From: Hyalangium minutum
Lineage (GTDB): Bacteria; Myxococcota; Myxococcia; Myxococcales; Myxococcaceae
Assembly: GCF_000737315.1 (NCBI RefSeq)
Contig: NZ_JMCB01000001.1
Span: forward strand, 744,001 to 808,000
Direction of reading: 5' to 3'
Length of the DNA stretch: 64,000 nt
Of the stretch, positions 36,433 to 46,652 are shown piece after piece; within the stretch, counting starts at the first letter, position 1, and the number at the start of each line of letters is the position of its first letter. The notes under the pieces were generated by a model, which did no database searches, was not told where the DNA came from, and saw only the letters and a program-made list of their open reading frames with translations. The translations under genes and the position numbers were made by a program.

Positions 36433-37392
36433 ATGAAGAAGCCCCTGTCCCCCCGCGCCTGCATGTCCCACCGGCTCCAGTCCCTCGTGCCCTGGATGGC
36501 TGCACTCTCCGTCATGGCGCACCAGGGCCTCTGGAGCTCTCGCTCGTTGCGGCCCACTTCGTCCGACATGGCGAGTGCCACAACCCTGGCTGCTGCGGCT
36601 TCGGATGCCGTGCCTGCTCGCACGCTCTACAGCCTTGTTGTCCCTGCGGCTGATGAGGCGCAGTCCTCCGAGGTGTCTCCCAACGCCCTCGCCCTCCCCC
36701 ACGAGCACATGAACCGCGTGAACCATCTGGCGCGCGCCCGGACGCTGCGGGAGCTGGGTGACCTCGCCGGTGCACTGACCGAGTGCCGCCGCGCCCTCTA
36801 CGACGCTCCCGAGGACACCGAGGCCCTGCGCACCATTGCCCGCCTTGGGCCTCTCACGGGCCAGACCGAGCTCGCGGTGCTCGCGCAGGCGCAGCTCGGC
36901 AGCCTGAACCCGGAGGATGCCTCCCCGCTCGTCCAGCAGGCGCGCCTGCTCCTGTCGCAGGGCCGCTCCACCGAGGCCATCCGCGTGGGCGAAGAGGCTG
37001 TCGCTCGCGACTCGGAAGATCCCGACGCCTACCAGGTCCTCGGCCGTGCTCAGTTGGCCGCGGGTCATCTCTCCGAGGCCGTCCTCCGCTTCGAGCAGGC
37101 CGTCCACCTGGCTCCCGAGCACGGCTATGCGCTCAACAATCTCGGCCTCGCGTGGTTGCGCACCAACGAGAACACCAAGGCCGCCGAGGTACTCGCGCGC
37201 GCCGCAGCCCTGCTGCCCCACGTGGCCTACGTCCACAACAACCTCGGAGTCGCCTACGAGCGGCTCGGCCGCACCGAGGACGCCCAGGCAGCCTACGCCG
37301 CCGCCACCCGGCTCTCGCCCCGCTACGTCAAGGCCCACGTCAACGCGAGCCGCATGAACAAGGTGGCAAGCCTCGGCGTCTCACCTCCCTGA
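36433..37392 (+). CDS. TPR-repeat protein with an N-terminal hydrophobic segment
   Basis: Repeated TPR helices (AYQVLGRA, ALNNLGLAW, VHNNLGVAY). CAGGAG SD. Confidence 0.8.
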   Translation: MKKPLSPRACMSHRLQSLVPWMAALSVMAHQGLWSSRSLRPTSSDMASATTLAAAASDAVPARTLYSLVVPAADEAQSSEVSPNALALPHEHMNRVNHLARARTLRELGDLAGALTECRRALYDAPEDTEALRTIARLGPLTGQTELAVLAQAQLGSLNPEDASPLVQQARLLLSQGRSTEAIRVGEEAVARDSEDPDAYQVLGRAQLAAGHLSEAVLRFEQAVHLAPEHGYALNNLGLAWLRTNENTKAAEVLARAAALLPHVAYVHNNLGVAYERLGRTEDAQAAYAAATRLSPRYVKAHVNASRMNKVASLGVSPP

Positions 37393-37447
37393 CGGTTCCC
37401 GTTGCCCGTCCATCGGTCTAACGTGCGTCCCCTCTCATCCGAGCCTC

Positions 37448-40102
37448 ATGAATCCGGCCCGAGCGATGCCCAACCCTCCCGAAGCCCCAGCCACTCCTGA
37501 GCCACCTCCAGCCGCTCCGCCTCCCTCCGCGAAGCCAGGGCTCGGCGCCCGCATCTGGAAGTGGACGAAGCGGCTGCTCATCCTGGGCGCCGTGGGGCTG
37601 GTGCTCGCCGTGGCCGTGGGCGTGGGCGCCTACCAGTACTTCAGCCGGGACCTGCCCTCCGTGGAGGCGCTGCGCACCTACCAGCCGCCCCAGGTGACGA
37701 AGGTGACATGCGCGGATGGCTCCATCTGCGCCGAGTTCTACCTGGAGCGCCGCACCCTGGTGCGAATCGAGGAGCTGCCCAAGCACGTGCGCGACTCGTT
37801 CCTCGCCGCAGAGGACGCCGACTTCTACAACCACGAGGGCCTCGACTTCTTCGGCATCACCCGCGCCGCCATCAAGAACCTCATCCCGGGGAGCCGCAAG
37901 TCCGGCGCCTCGACCATCACGCAGCAGGTGGTGAAGAACCTGCTGCTCACTCCCGAGCGCAGCCTGGGCCGGAAGATCCGCGAGTGGATCCTCACCCCTC
38001 GCGTCGAGGAGGCGCTCACCAAGGATCAGATCCTCAACCTCTACATCAACCAGATCTACTACGGGCAGCGGCGCTACGGCCTGGAGGAGGCCGCGCTCTA
38101 CTACTTCGGCAAGCACGCCAAGGATCTGAGCATCGGTGAGGCCGCCGTGCTCGCGGGCACGCCGCAGTCGCCCCACCGCATCAACCCGGAGACGAACATC
38201 GTCCGGGCCAAGAACCGCCAGCGCTACGTGCTCACTCAGTTGATGCAGCACGGCTTCCTCCCCAAGGAGCAGGTGGAGCCGGAGTTGGAGAAGCCCATCG
38301 TCCTGGCGCCTCGTCCTCCGCCCCCCGTGGGCGGGTACTACGCCGAGGAGATCCGCCGCACCCTCATCGAGCGCTACGGCGAGAAGATGGTGCTCGAGGG
38401 TGGGCTGCGCGTGGAGATCGCCATGGTGCCGAAGCTGCAGGCCGCAGCCGAGGACGCCGTGCGCAATGGCCTGGAGGCGGTGGATCGCCGCCAGGGCTAC
38501 CGTGGCCCGCTCAGCACCGTGGATGGCGGGCAGTTCGATCGCATCAAGGGGCTCATCGCGCACCGCATCGATGAGGCCGGCCGGCGGCAGAAGGACGCCG
38601 AGTACGTGGCGGACCTGGCCCCGCTGGCCACTGCGGGCCTGGAGCCAGCGGCCAAGGCGGACCCCAAGCCAGAGGCCAAGGCGGGCACGGTTCCTGTCAC
38701 CGCCATTGAGCAGGAGGGCGCGGAGGAGCAGCGGCCCGAGCTCAACCCCGAGGGCGAGGCGCCTCCCTCCGCCGAGGAGTCCCTGGTGGGCTCCGTTCCC
38801 CTGCGGCCGCTGAAGGAGGGACTGCGCCTCACCGGCTTCGTCACCGCGGTGGATGAGAAGAAGGGCATCGCCAAGGTGGACCTCGTGGGCCGCACCGCGG
38901 AAGTCTCTTTCTCCACCGTCAAATGGGCCCGCCAGAAGGGCAAGGGCTCTCCGTCGAACATCGCGGACGTCTTCCAGGTCGGCGAGCTGGTGCGCGTGCG
39001 CATCACCAAGGCGCTGCCCGCGCCCGCCTCCGTGGAGGCCACGCTCGATCAGATCCCCCTGGTGCAGGGCGGCCTCGTGGTCATCAACCCCGCCAACCGC
39101 AACGTGGTGGCCATGGTGGGCGGCTATGACTTCGAGCGCTCCTCCTTCAACCGCGCCACGCAGGCCAAGCGGCAGCCAGGCTCGTCCTTCAAGCCCTTCA
39201 TCTACGCCGCCGCGATGGGCAGTGGCCGCTTCACCCCGCTGAGCACGGTGAATGACGCCCCCGAGGCCATCCGCGACCCGTACACCGGCAAGCAGTGGAA
39301 GCCGAAGAACTTCGACGGCCGCTTCGATGGGCCCATGACGCTGCGCCAGGCCCTCACCAAGTCCAAGAACACCGTGTCCGTTCGGCTCATCGAGGCCATC
39401 ACTCCTGCCACCGCGATCGACTACGCTCGCCGCGCGGGCATCCACTCGGCGCTGCCTGAGAACCTCACGCTGGCGCTCGGAACGGGCGAGGTGACGATGC
39501 TGGAGGCCGTCAACGCTTACTCCACGCTCCAGGCCAACGGCCGCTACGGCGAGCCGCTGCTGGTGCTTCGCGTGCGGGACGCCTCGGGCAAGGTGCTCGA
39601 GGAGCACGCCCCCGCCTTCGAGGAGACGCTGCCCCCGGCCGTGGCCTATCTCACCACCACCCTGATGCGCAGCGTGGTCGAGGAGGGCACCGCCACCGCC
39701 GTGCGCGAACTCAACCGCCCCGCCGCCGGCAAGACGGGCACCACCAACGAGTCCAAGGACACGTGGTTCTCCGGCTACACCATGGACTGGGTCGCCAGCG
39801 CCTGGGTGGGCTTCGATGACAACTCGCCCCTGGGCAGCAGCGAGACGGGTGGCCGCGCCGCCCTGCCCATGTGGCTGGACTTCATGCGCGTGGCCCATCA
39901 GGGGCTGCCTGCTCGCGAGTTCGAGGTGCCGCCCGGCATCGTCCAGGTGCGCATCGATCCGGAGACGGGCCTGCTGGCCGGCAACTCCCGGCCGGGCCGG
40001 CTCGAGCCCTTCCTCGAAGGCACCGCGCCCACCGCCGAGGCTCCACCCATGGGCCAGGTGGACACGAGCACCTTCTTCCTCGAGGACGGCAAGGGGAGAT
40101 AA
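37448..40102 (+). CDS. Class A penicillin-binding protein PBP1A with an OB-like insert
   Basis: GT51 motifs EDADFYNHEG and GASTITQQVVKN. Transpeptidase GSSFK, SKN and KTGT. Confidence 0.93.
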   Translation: MNPARAMPNPPEAPATPEPPPAAPPPSAKPGLGARIWKWTKRLLILGAVGLVLAVAVGVGAYQYFSRDLPSVEALRTYQPPQVTKVTCADGSICAEFYLERRTLVRIEELPKHVRDSFLAAEDADFYNHEGLDFFGITRAAIKNLIPGSRKSGASTITQQVVKNLLLTPERSLGRKIREWILTPRVEEALTKDQILNLYINQIYYGQRRYGLEEAALYYFGKHAKDLSIGEAAVLAGTPQSPHRINPETNIVRAKNRQRYVLTQLMQHGFLPKEQVEPELEKPIVLAPRPPPPVGGYYAEEIRRTLIERYGEKMVLEGGLRVEIAMVPKLQAAAEDAVRNGLEAVDRRQGYRGPLSTVDGGQFDRIKGLIAHRIDEAGRRQKDAEYVADLAPLATAGLEPAAKADPKPEAKAGTVPVTAIEQEGAEEQRPELNPEGEAPPSAEESLVGSVPLRPLKEGLRLTGFVTAVDEKKGIAKVDLVGRTAEVSFSTVKWARQKGKGSPSNIADVFQVGELVRVRITKALPAPASVEATLDQIPLVQGGLVVINPANRNVVAMVGGYDFERSSFNRATQAKRQPGSSFKPFIYAAAMGSGRFTPLSTVNDAPEAIRDPYTGKQWKPKNFDGRFDGPMTLRQALTKSKNTVSVRLIEAITPATAIDYARRAGIHSALPENLTLALGTGEVTMLEAVNAYSTLQANGRYGEPLLVLRVRDASGKVLEEHAPAFEETLPPAVAYLTTTLMRSVVEEGTATAVRELNRPAAGKTGTTNESKDTWFSGYTMDWVASAWVGFDDNSPLGSSETGGRAALPMWLDFMRVAHQGLPAREFEVPPGIVQVRIDPETGLLAGNSRPGRLEPFLEGTAPTAEAPPMGQVDTSTFFLEDGKGR

Positions 40103-41532
40103 TGGTGCGCAGAGCCCTCGCCACGCTCCTGGTATCCACGCTCGCGCTCGCAGCCGAGCCGCTGGCTTCTGCTCCGGCCGCTCCCGCGCCGGCCACGCCC
40201 AAGCCCTCCGCGAGTCCTTCGACCGCCAGCGTTCCCAGCGGGCCTCCTTCGGTCGAGCGGCTCGTGCAGCTCGTCGCGGACGACGTGCGGGCGCTCAGGC
40301 CTGAGCCTCCCGTCGCCCTGCACCTGAGCGGGAGCTCCGCCGAGCTGCAACGTGCCTTCGGGACGATGTTGGCCTCGCGGCTCGCCGCTTCCGAGCTGGG
40401 TCCCGTGGTACTGGATGCGCCTTCTCCCGAGGCTGCGGAGAATCAAGCCCGGGAGCGGGGCGCGCGGTCCCTCGTGCGGCTCACGATCTCCGTGCAGGAG
40501 GGCCAGCTGAGCGCCCGGGGTGATGTGCTGGGCACGTGGATCAACTTCTGGTCCGGACGCACTCCGAGCCGCCCTGTCACTCCCGCCGCGGCCCTGGCCC
40601 AAGCGGTGGATGCGGATGCGGGGACGCTGAGCCTTGCGGCCCTCTCTCCGGTCTTGGCCCCGTCCTCCTCTTCGACGACGACCGTGATGACCGGCCCCCG
40701 CCAGATGCGCTTGATGGGCGCGGCGCTGGTCAAGCTCGATCAGGTCCCCGCAGCCCTGGCCACGGGAGACCTCGATGGGGATGGCAAGGATGAGGTGGCC
40801 GTGCTCACCGAGCGCGCCGTGTCCGTCTTTGCCGCGGATGGGCGCCTCATCGCTCGCCGAGAGCTCGAGAGCCTCCCCCTGAGCTCGGCCCCTCCCCGTG
40901 AGCCCTTCGGCGTCATCTCCGTCATCCCTCAGCCTGCAAGGCTCGCGGCCTGGTCCGCGCGCTATGCCCACGGCGAGGTGCTCACGCTCGACGCGGCCAA
41001 GGGAACCCTGCGCCCCCTCGGCCCGCTGGACACAACCCCACTGGGCGCTACCGAGCGCGGCACGTTCACCTCTGGCCAGACGACGTTCACGTCCGAGGTG
41101 CGGCTCTCGGAGGGCCGGATCCTCACCGTCCCCGCGCCCTTCACCACCGCCAGCATCGTCACGCCGCGCATGCTCTTCGTTCACCTGGACGGCTCGGCCT
41201 CTCTCTACTCGCGCCCCACCGCTCCGCCCCTCCGCATCCAAGGGCTGGGGGCTGGCAGCGCGCTCGGGGACCTGGATGGGGACGGGACGCCCGAGCTGAT
41301 CACCACCTCGCCCCAGTTGTTCCCCTCGCCGGATGTGGTGCGCGTCTATCCCCTCACTGGGGATGACCCCACCACCCACGGCATGCTCTGGCAGACCGTG
41401 CTCCCCCCGGGCCGGGCCTTCCAGGTGGTCACCGCCGATCTGGACCGCGACAACCAGCGCGAGGTGCTGGTGGGCCTCTGGCACTCTGACGGCACCGGTG
41501 AAGTCTTCCTCATGCGCCAGGGTGCGCCATGA
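40102..41532 (+). CDS. Secreted FG-GAP/VCBS-repeat protein
   Basis: Signal peptide, GDLDGDGKDEV, GDLDGDGTPEL and DLDRDNQREV repeats. TAATG overlap gives the start. Confidence 0.75.
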   Translation: MVRRALATLLVSTLALAAEPLASAPAAPAPATPKPSASPSTASVPSGPPSVERLVQLVADDVRALRPEPPVALHLSGSSAELQRAFGTMLASRLAASELGPVVLDAPSPEAAENQARERGARSLVRLTISVQEGQLSARGDVLGTWINFWSGRTPSRPVTPAAALAQAVDADAGTLSLAALSPVLAPSSSSTTTVMTGPRQMRLMGAALVKLDQVPAALATGDLDGDGKDEVAVLTERAVSVFAADGRLIARRELESLPLSSAPPREPFGVISVIPQPARLAAWSARYAHGEVLTLDAAKGTLRPLGPLDTTPLGATERGTFTSGQTTFTSEVRLSEGRILTVPAPFTTASIVTPRMLFVHLDGSASLYSRPTAPPLRIQGLGAGSALGDLDGDGTPELITTSPQLFPSPDVVRVYPLTGDDPTTHGMLWQTVLPPGRAFQVVTADLDRDNQREVLVGLWHSDGTGEVFLMRQGAP

Positions 41533-42911
41533 CGCTCCGCCACGCTCTCGCCTGCCTCCTCCTGCTCTGTGCCACGCCCGGGCTCGCGGCCGGGCGCATC
41601 CCTTATGGTGGCGAGCTCCGGCTGGCCCACAATGGCTCGGCTGACCCGCTCGGAGATCCGACGCTCGCGGACTCGCCCGTGGAGGCCGCGCTCTACAGCT
41701 TCCTGTCCCGCCCCGTCTGCCGGCTCGATGCGAGCGGCGCGCCCCGCCTCGCGGTGGCCCGCGATCTGTCCCGGCCCATGGGCCAGTCGGTGCGCCTGGC
41801 CATGCCCTCGCTGTCGCTGGCCAACACACTGACCCGCGCGTGGATGCGGCTCACCGGTACCGAGGCGCCCACCCCGTATCGCGCGCTCCTCTTCCCCGTG
41901 CAGGGTGAGGCCCGGCAGCTGTCCTCCAACGGCGCCACCGTGGAGCTGCCCCTGTCGTTCCCCTGGCCGGACATGGAGCGCGCGCTGTGCCACCCGGCGC
42001 TGGCTTTGCCATTGACTTCCGTGGCTCCTTCATTGGGGCCGTTCTCCGCCACGGCCGCCAAGGGCCTCTTCGAGGCTCGGCTCGGCTACCCCGAGGGCCG
42101 GCCCTACCTGGATCGACTCCTGCTCACCGCCACGGATGACCGCGGGCTGGCGCGGATGTGGACCGCCAAGCAGGTGCACCTGGAGCTCGGCGTGCGCCCG
42201 GAGGCGGGCGTCCTCACGAGCCCGGCCCTCTACGCCACCTATCTCTCCTTCTCTCAGCGCCGGGTGCCTGCGGACTTCCGTCAGGCCTTCGAGAGCGCCA
42301 TTGACCGGGAGGACCTCACCCGCCTCTTCGTGCGCGCACCGGCCGTGCCCATGCCGCACCTGCTACCGCCTGCCCTGCTGACCCAGGCGCCCAAGCCCCG
42401 TCCCGCAGCCCCCGGGTCCGCGGGTGGAAGGGCGGTGACCCTCCTCTATGACGCCACCAACGAGGATCACCGTGCTGTAGCCGAGCGCATCCAGGTGAAG
42501 CTCCATGACCGTGGCTACAAGGTCGCCCTGGAGCCCCTGCCCCGCTCCCTGCTGCGCACCCGCTGGGCCAAGGGTGACTACGACATGATGCTGCAGTCGC
42601 TGCTGCTGCCCCCCGTGCCCGGCCCAGCGCTGGCCATCGTGCTGGACGCTGCAGGCCGCAAGGATCTGCTCGGCGTGGAGCTGCCCCTGATCGGCGCTGT
42701 GGCGGACATGTCGGCGCGAGATGCCAAGGCCCGCGATCGGGCGGTGGCGCTCGGCCCCTCGGTGCAGATCCTGCCCCTCTATGCTCAGGGACTGGGCATG
42801 CGCGTGGTCCCCGAGCTCGGAGGGCTCGTGCTGGACGCCCAGGGCCTGCCCGTGCTCGACGGCGCGTACTTCGTGCCCGCCGAGCCGCCCCCAGCCGGAA
42901 TGTCCCGGTGA
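41529..42911 (+). CDS. Family-5-like (peptide-binding) extracytoplasmic solute-binding protein
   Basis: Signal peptide and divergent SBP_5 features (GPFS, AIDREDL, AERIQVKL, GDYDMML). No permease or ATPase nearby. Confidence 0.6.
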   Translation: MTLRHALACLLLLCATPGLAAGRIPYGGELRLAHNGSADPLGDPTLADSPVEAALYSFLSRPVCRLDASGAPRLAVARDLSRPMGQSVRLAMPSLSLANTLTRAWMRLTGTEAPTPYRALLFPVQGEARQLSSNGATVELPLSFPWPDMERALCHPALALPLTSVAPSLGPFSATAAKGLFEARLGYPEGRPYLDRLLLTATDDRGLARMWTAKQVHLELGVRPEAGVLTSPALYATYLSFSQRRVPADFRQAFESAIDREDLTRLFVRAPAVPMPHLLPPALLTQAPKPRPAAPGSAGGRAVTLLYDATNEDHRAVAERIQVKLHDRGYKVALEPLPRSLLRTRWAKGDYDMMLQSLLLPPVPGPALAIVLDAAGRKDLLGVELPLIGAVADMSARDAKARDRAVALGPSVQILPLYAQGLGMRVVPELGGLVLDAQGLPVLDGAYFVPAEPPPAGMSR

Positions 42912-42921
42912 GGAACCCGTC

Positions 42922-44571
42922 ATGCGATTGAGGACCCGGCTCGCGCTCGCCTTCGCCCTGTTGGCGCTGGTGCCGCTGGCGGTGGTGGTGCCGCTCACAC
43001 TCAACCGCCTGCGCTCCACCCTCTCGCGAGAGCTGGACGCCCGGATGGAGGGCGCGACCACCGCTGCGCAAGAAGCGCTGGAGCGCTCCGCCGAGCGCGC
43101 CCGCCGCGCCGTGGAGGAGCTGGTGGAGAGCACCGCGATGGAGGATCTCGCCCGCGAGTCCCGCGAGAGCCCTACCCGCGCCATCCAAGCCGACACCGCC
43201 GAGGGGCTGATGAAGAGCCGGGGCCTCACCGTGCTCAGCCTCTTCGATCGCCAGGGCACCACGCTGTCGTCTGGCCACCTTCCTGCCCGGCGTGGCGACC
43301 CGGATCCGGAGCTCTTCGCCGTCACGAAGCAGAAGTCCCCCAAGCCCGTCCCGGTGCGCGTGAGCGTGCGCGGCGACGAGGGACTTCGAGATGTGCCCGC
43401 GCTCGTCACCGCGCGCCCGGTGGACTACGGCGATCTGCGCTTGTGGGCGGTGGGCGGGGTGCTGCTCAACGAGGAGCTCGCTCAGCATCTGGCGCGCATC
43501 ACCCAGGCAGAGATCTCCCTGCGCTCCGGAGACGCGGTGGTCGCCAAGGCCGGAAGCGCGCTCCCCCCGACGGTCGAGCGGATCCTCCCGTTGGGTGAAG
43601 CGGCCGATGTCCGGCTCGTCTTCAGCCGGTCCGCCGCGCTCGAGGCCGAGCAAGGCGTGACGGGAGCCTTCCTGCTGCTGGCCGCATCCGGCCTGAGCTT
43701 CGCGGTGCTGCTGGGGCTCCTGATGTCCCGCCGCATCACCCGGCCGGTGGAGGCGCTCACCGAGGGCGCCCGCCGCGTGGCGGAAGGTGCCCGGGACGTG
43801 CAGGTGAATGTCCAGTCCAGCGGCGAGGTGCGCGAGCTGGTGCAGGCCTTCAACCACATGACCTCCGAGCTGCACTCCACCACCGAGCGGCTGGTGGCCA
43901 GCGAGCGCATCGCCGCGTGGCAGGAGGTGGCGCGCCGGCTCGCCCACGAGATCAAGAATCCCCTGACGCCCATCCAGATGTCGCTGGAGACACTGCTGGC
44001 GGCGCAGAGCGCCCAGGACGCGCGCTTCCCCACCCTGTTCCGCGACAGCGCGGCGGTGGTGCTCGAGGAGGTGGACCGGCTGCGGCGCATCGTCGACGAG
44101 TTCAGCCGCTTCGCCCGGCTGCCCAAGCCGCAGCTGTCCTCCGTGGACCTGGGGGAGCTGGCGCAGAGCGTGCTGTCCCTCTACGCCACACCGCCTCAGG
44201 GCATCACCCTGCTGCCCACGCTGCAGACGGGCGTGGTGGCGCGCGCGGACCGCGATCAGCTCACCCAGGTGCTGGTGAACCTGGTGAAGAACGCGGAGGA
44301 GGCCATGAAGGACAAAGGCGGCCAGGTGCGCGTGCGCGTGAAGGGCACGGAAACGGACGCCATCGTCGAGGTGGAGGACACTGGCCCGGGCATTCCTCCC
44401 GAGCACCGGGCCCGCATCTTCGAGCCCTACTTCACCACCAAGGAGGGCGGCACCGGGCTGGGGCTCGCCATTGCCTCGCGCATCCTCCAGGAGCACGGGG
44501 GCAAGCTGGAGGTGGGCGGAGAGCCCGGCCAGGGCGCGCGCTTCAGCGTGGTGCTGCCGCGCGCCCTGTGA
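42922..44571 (+). CDS. crdS: HAMP-domain NtrY/NtrB-like sensor histidine kinase (CrdS-like)
   Basis: 2 TM, HAMP, LAHEIKNPL, NLVKNA, EDTGPG, FTTKEGGTGLGL. The symbol rests on recalled synteny. Confidence 0.72.
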   Translation: MRLRTRLALAFALLALVPLAVVVPLTLNRLRSTLSRELDARMEGATTAAQEALERSAERARRAVEELVESTAMEDLARESRESPTRAIQADTAEGLMKSRGLTVLSLFDRQGTTLSSGHLPARRGDPDPELFAVTKQKSPKPVPVRVSVRGDEGLRDVPALVTARPVDYGDLRLWAVGGVLLNEELAQHLARITQAEISLRSGDAVVAKAGSALPPTVERILPLGEAADVRLVFSRSAALEAEQGVTGAFLLLAASGLSFAVLLGLLMSRRITRPVEALTEGARRVAEGARDVQVNVQSSGEVRELVQAFNHMTSELHSTTERLVASERIAAWQEVARRLAHEIKNPLTPIQMSLETLLAAQSAQDARFPTLFRDSAAVVLEEVDRLRRIVDEFSRFARLPKPQLSSVDLGELAQSVLSLYATPPQGITLLPTLQTGVVARADRDQLTQVLVNLVKNAEEAMKDKGGQVRVRVKGTETDAIVEVEDTGPGIPPEHRARIFEPYFTTKEGGTGLGLAIASRILQEHGGKLEVGGEPGQGARFSVVLPRAL

Positions 44572-44586
44572 GTCAGGCCCGGAGGC

Positions 44587-46509
44587 TCAGTCCTTGACGG
44601 GCGTGGCCTTGAGGGCGGCCTTGCCCTCCTTCACGTACACCTGGAACTTCACCGTCCGGCAGGCGTACTTCTGCACGAGCTGATCCTTGTTCTTGCGGAG
44701 CTTCTGCACGAACTTGTCGTAGGTGAGGCCGTCGGAGGGCTCGCTGCACTTCTCGCGGGTGATGACGAACTCGCGGAAGACCTCCTGGAAGTGGAACTCC
44801 TCCTCCGAGAAGGCATCGCCGGTGTTGCCCAGGAACTGCTGGTAGTTGGCGCCCGGCGGCGGGATGGCCTGGGCCTGCGGAGCCGGGTCGCCCCACGGCA
44901 CAGGGGCCATGGCGGGAGCCGCCGGAGACGGCGGGGGGGCATACGCCGGCATCTCCTGGGTCGACGGACGGGCCGCGGCCTGGAGCAGCTCGCGAGGAAT
45001 GGCCGCCACGCGCGTCGTCTCTGGGCTGTCCATGGCCACCGCGGCGGCATACGGATCCGCCGCCTGCTGGAGCGAGTACGCCGCGGTGGGCAGTTCCTCG
45101 AAGTGGAAGGCGCCGGCCCGAGCCGTCGCGGTGGCCACCTGCGGAGCGGCAGCCGGAGGCGGCTGGTTCTGCGCGGACTCGAAGGGCATGGAGACCCCAC
45201 CCGGGAGCGGAGCACCGAACGGGTCATCGAACGGCTGAGGCTGCGCCGCCGGGGGAGGCGGGAACGCGAAGGGCTCCGAGACCGGAGGCGGCGCCATGCT
45301 CGCGGGAGCGTCCGGGGCCGAGGGCGGCGGACCGAAGGGGAACTCGCCGGTGGGCGGACGGGCCGGCTCGGCCACGGGCGCGGCAGCGGTCAGCTCGAGA
45401 CCCGGGTGAGTCACGGGCGGAGGCTCGGCGGCGGGCTGTGCGGCCGGAGCCTGCTGCGAGGGCATGGCCGCCATCGCGTTGCTAAGTCCGAGCGTGTCCC
45501 CGCTGCTCTCAGCAGGCGCCCCACTCGCGCGCTTGCCCGAGCCCATCAGTACTGTCCACACCAGGCTGACGGCGAGCAGTGCCCCCAGGCCCATGATCGC
45601 GTTGCGCTGGTAGTCCGCGAGCGTGCCCATCAGCTTGGTGTGAGCGAGGGCGATCACCTCGTAGGGGGTGCCCTCCAGCGCGCGGCGGGTCCCCACCACG
45701 AGGGGAGCCTGACCGCCCATGAAGTCCTTGCCACTGGTGAGGATCGGGAGCTTCACCGGGCCCAGGTTCTGGAGCTGGCCGGTGACGATGGCCGCCGCAG
45801 GCTGGCCCGTCTTGAGCGAGCCCAGCGCCTTCTCGAGGTCGCTCTTCTGCTCCCCCCCACCAGCCACCAGAGCGTTCTCCTTCACCAGCCCGAGCGCGGC
45901 CGCGCCCGAAGCCTTGGCCGCATCCTCCAGGGCTCCCTCCGACAGCAGCGGCACGGCCACCACCAGTGTCGCGGCGAGCTGTGTCTCCAGCTTCTCCGCG
46001 CCCGGGATGCGGACGAAGCGCCACAACAGCGGCACGGAGGCCACCGCATGCGGAGCCCCGAAGGCGTCCACCACCGTGGGCGCATCCGCCTGGGCCAGCA
46101 CCTTCACATCGAAAGCAGCCGCGTCCGTCGAGGGCTCACTGCCCGCGCGCGCGTGCACGGCGCCCGCGTGCGTCACCAGCCCAATCACCACGCCTGGCAG
46201 CTCCTTGGGAAGCACAGCCTCGGCGGCGGTGCGCACCGGGGCGAAGCTCTCGGCGGTCAGCGCCTCCTGGGCGCTCAGCTCCTGGGCAGCGGTCGCCAGC
46301 TCGGCACTCGCCGCCAGCTTCAGCGCCACGGCGCGGGCAATGCCACGGCGCGCCTCCAGGGAGCGCACCACCTCGGCGGTGCCCGCGGAGGCCTGGGCCT
46401 GAGCGTCCTCTGTGGCGCGAGCCCTCATGGGACCCGACAGCAAGGAGAGGTGAGCCAGACCCAGCCCAAGGGCCAGGAGTGCGTAAATGAGGAACTTGAC
46501 GCGAACCAT
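44587..46509 (-). CDS. MXAN_5187-family membrane protein with a Pro-rich linker and conserved C-terminal domain
   Basis: 2 TM, Pro/Ala-rich region, C-terminal FVQKLRKNKDQLVQKYACRTVKFQVYVKEGKAALKATP. Confidence 0.65.
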   Translation of the reverse strand: MVRVKFLIYALLALGLGLAHLSLLSGPMRARATEDAQAQASAGTAEVVRSLEARRGIARAVALKLAASAELATAAQELSAQEALTAESFAPVRTAAEAVLPKELPGVVIGLVTHAGAVHARAGSEPSTDAAAFDVKVLAQADAPTVVDAFGAPHAVASVPLLWRFVRIPGAEKLETQLAATLVVAVPLLSEGALEDAAKASGAAALGLVKENALVAGGGEQKSDLEKALGSLKTGQPAAAIVTGQLQNLGPVKLPILTSGKDFMGGQAPLVVGTRRALEGTPYEVIALAHTKLMGTLADYQRNAIMGLGALLAVSLVWTVLMGSGKRASGAPAESSGDTLGLSNAMAAMPSQQAPAAQPAAEPPPVTHPGLELTAAAPVAEPARPPTGEFPFGPPPSAPDAPASMAPPPVSEPFAFPPPPAAQPQPFDDPFGAPLPGGVSMPFESAQNQPPPAAAPQVATATARAGAFHFEELPTAAYSLQQAADPYAAAVAMDSPETTRVAAIPRELLQAAARPSTQEMPAYAPPPSPAAPAMAPVPWGDPAPQAQAIPPPGANYQQFLGNTGDAFSEEEFHFQEVFREFVITREKCSEPSDGLTYDKFVQKLRKNKDQLVQKYACRTVKFQVYVKEGKAALKATPVKD

Positions 46510-46543
46510 CGCCGTCCTTCTAGCCCGGGGGGTGAGGGTCCCG

Positions 46544-46573
46544 CTTATAACGTTCACCGCTCGGGGCCAGCAA
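46544..46573 (-). promoter_or_regulatory. sigma70-type promoter TTGCTG-18-TATAAG
   Basis: Read on the minus strand, upstream of ATG 46509. Confidence 0.45.
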
Positions 46574-46596
46574 GAATCGGCGATGGCTCACACCCA

Positions 46597-46636
46597 GGGC
46601 TCGGGCACCTGGCCGTTGGCCTGGAAGCCCGAGCCC
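46597..46636. terminator. GC-rich hairpin GGGCTCGGGC...GCCCGAGCCC downstream of the hpf-like gene
   Basis: 10-bp perfect arms with a weak U tract. Confidence 0.35.
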
Positions 46637-46652
46637 CTGTCCACCCGCCCGC

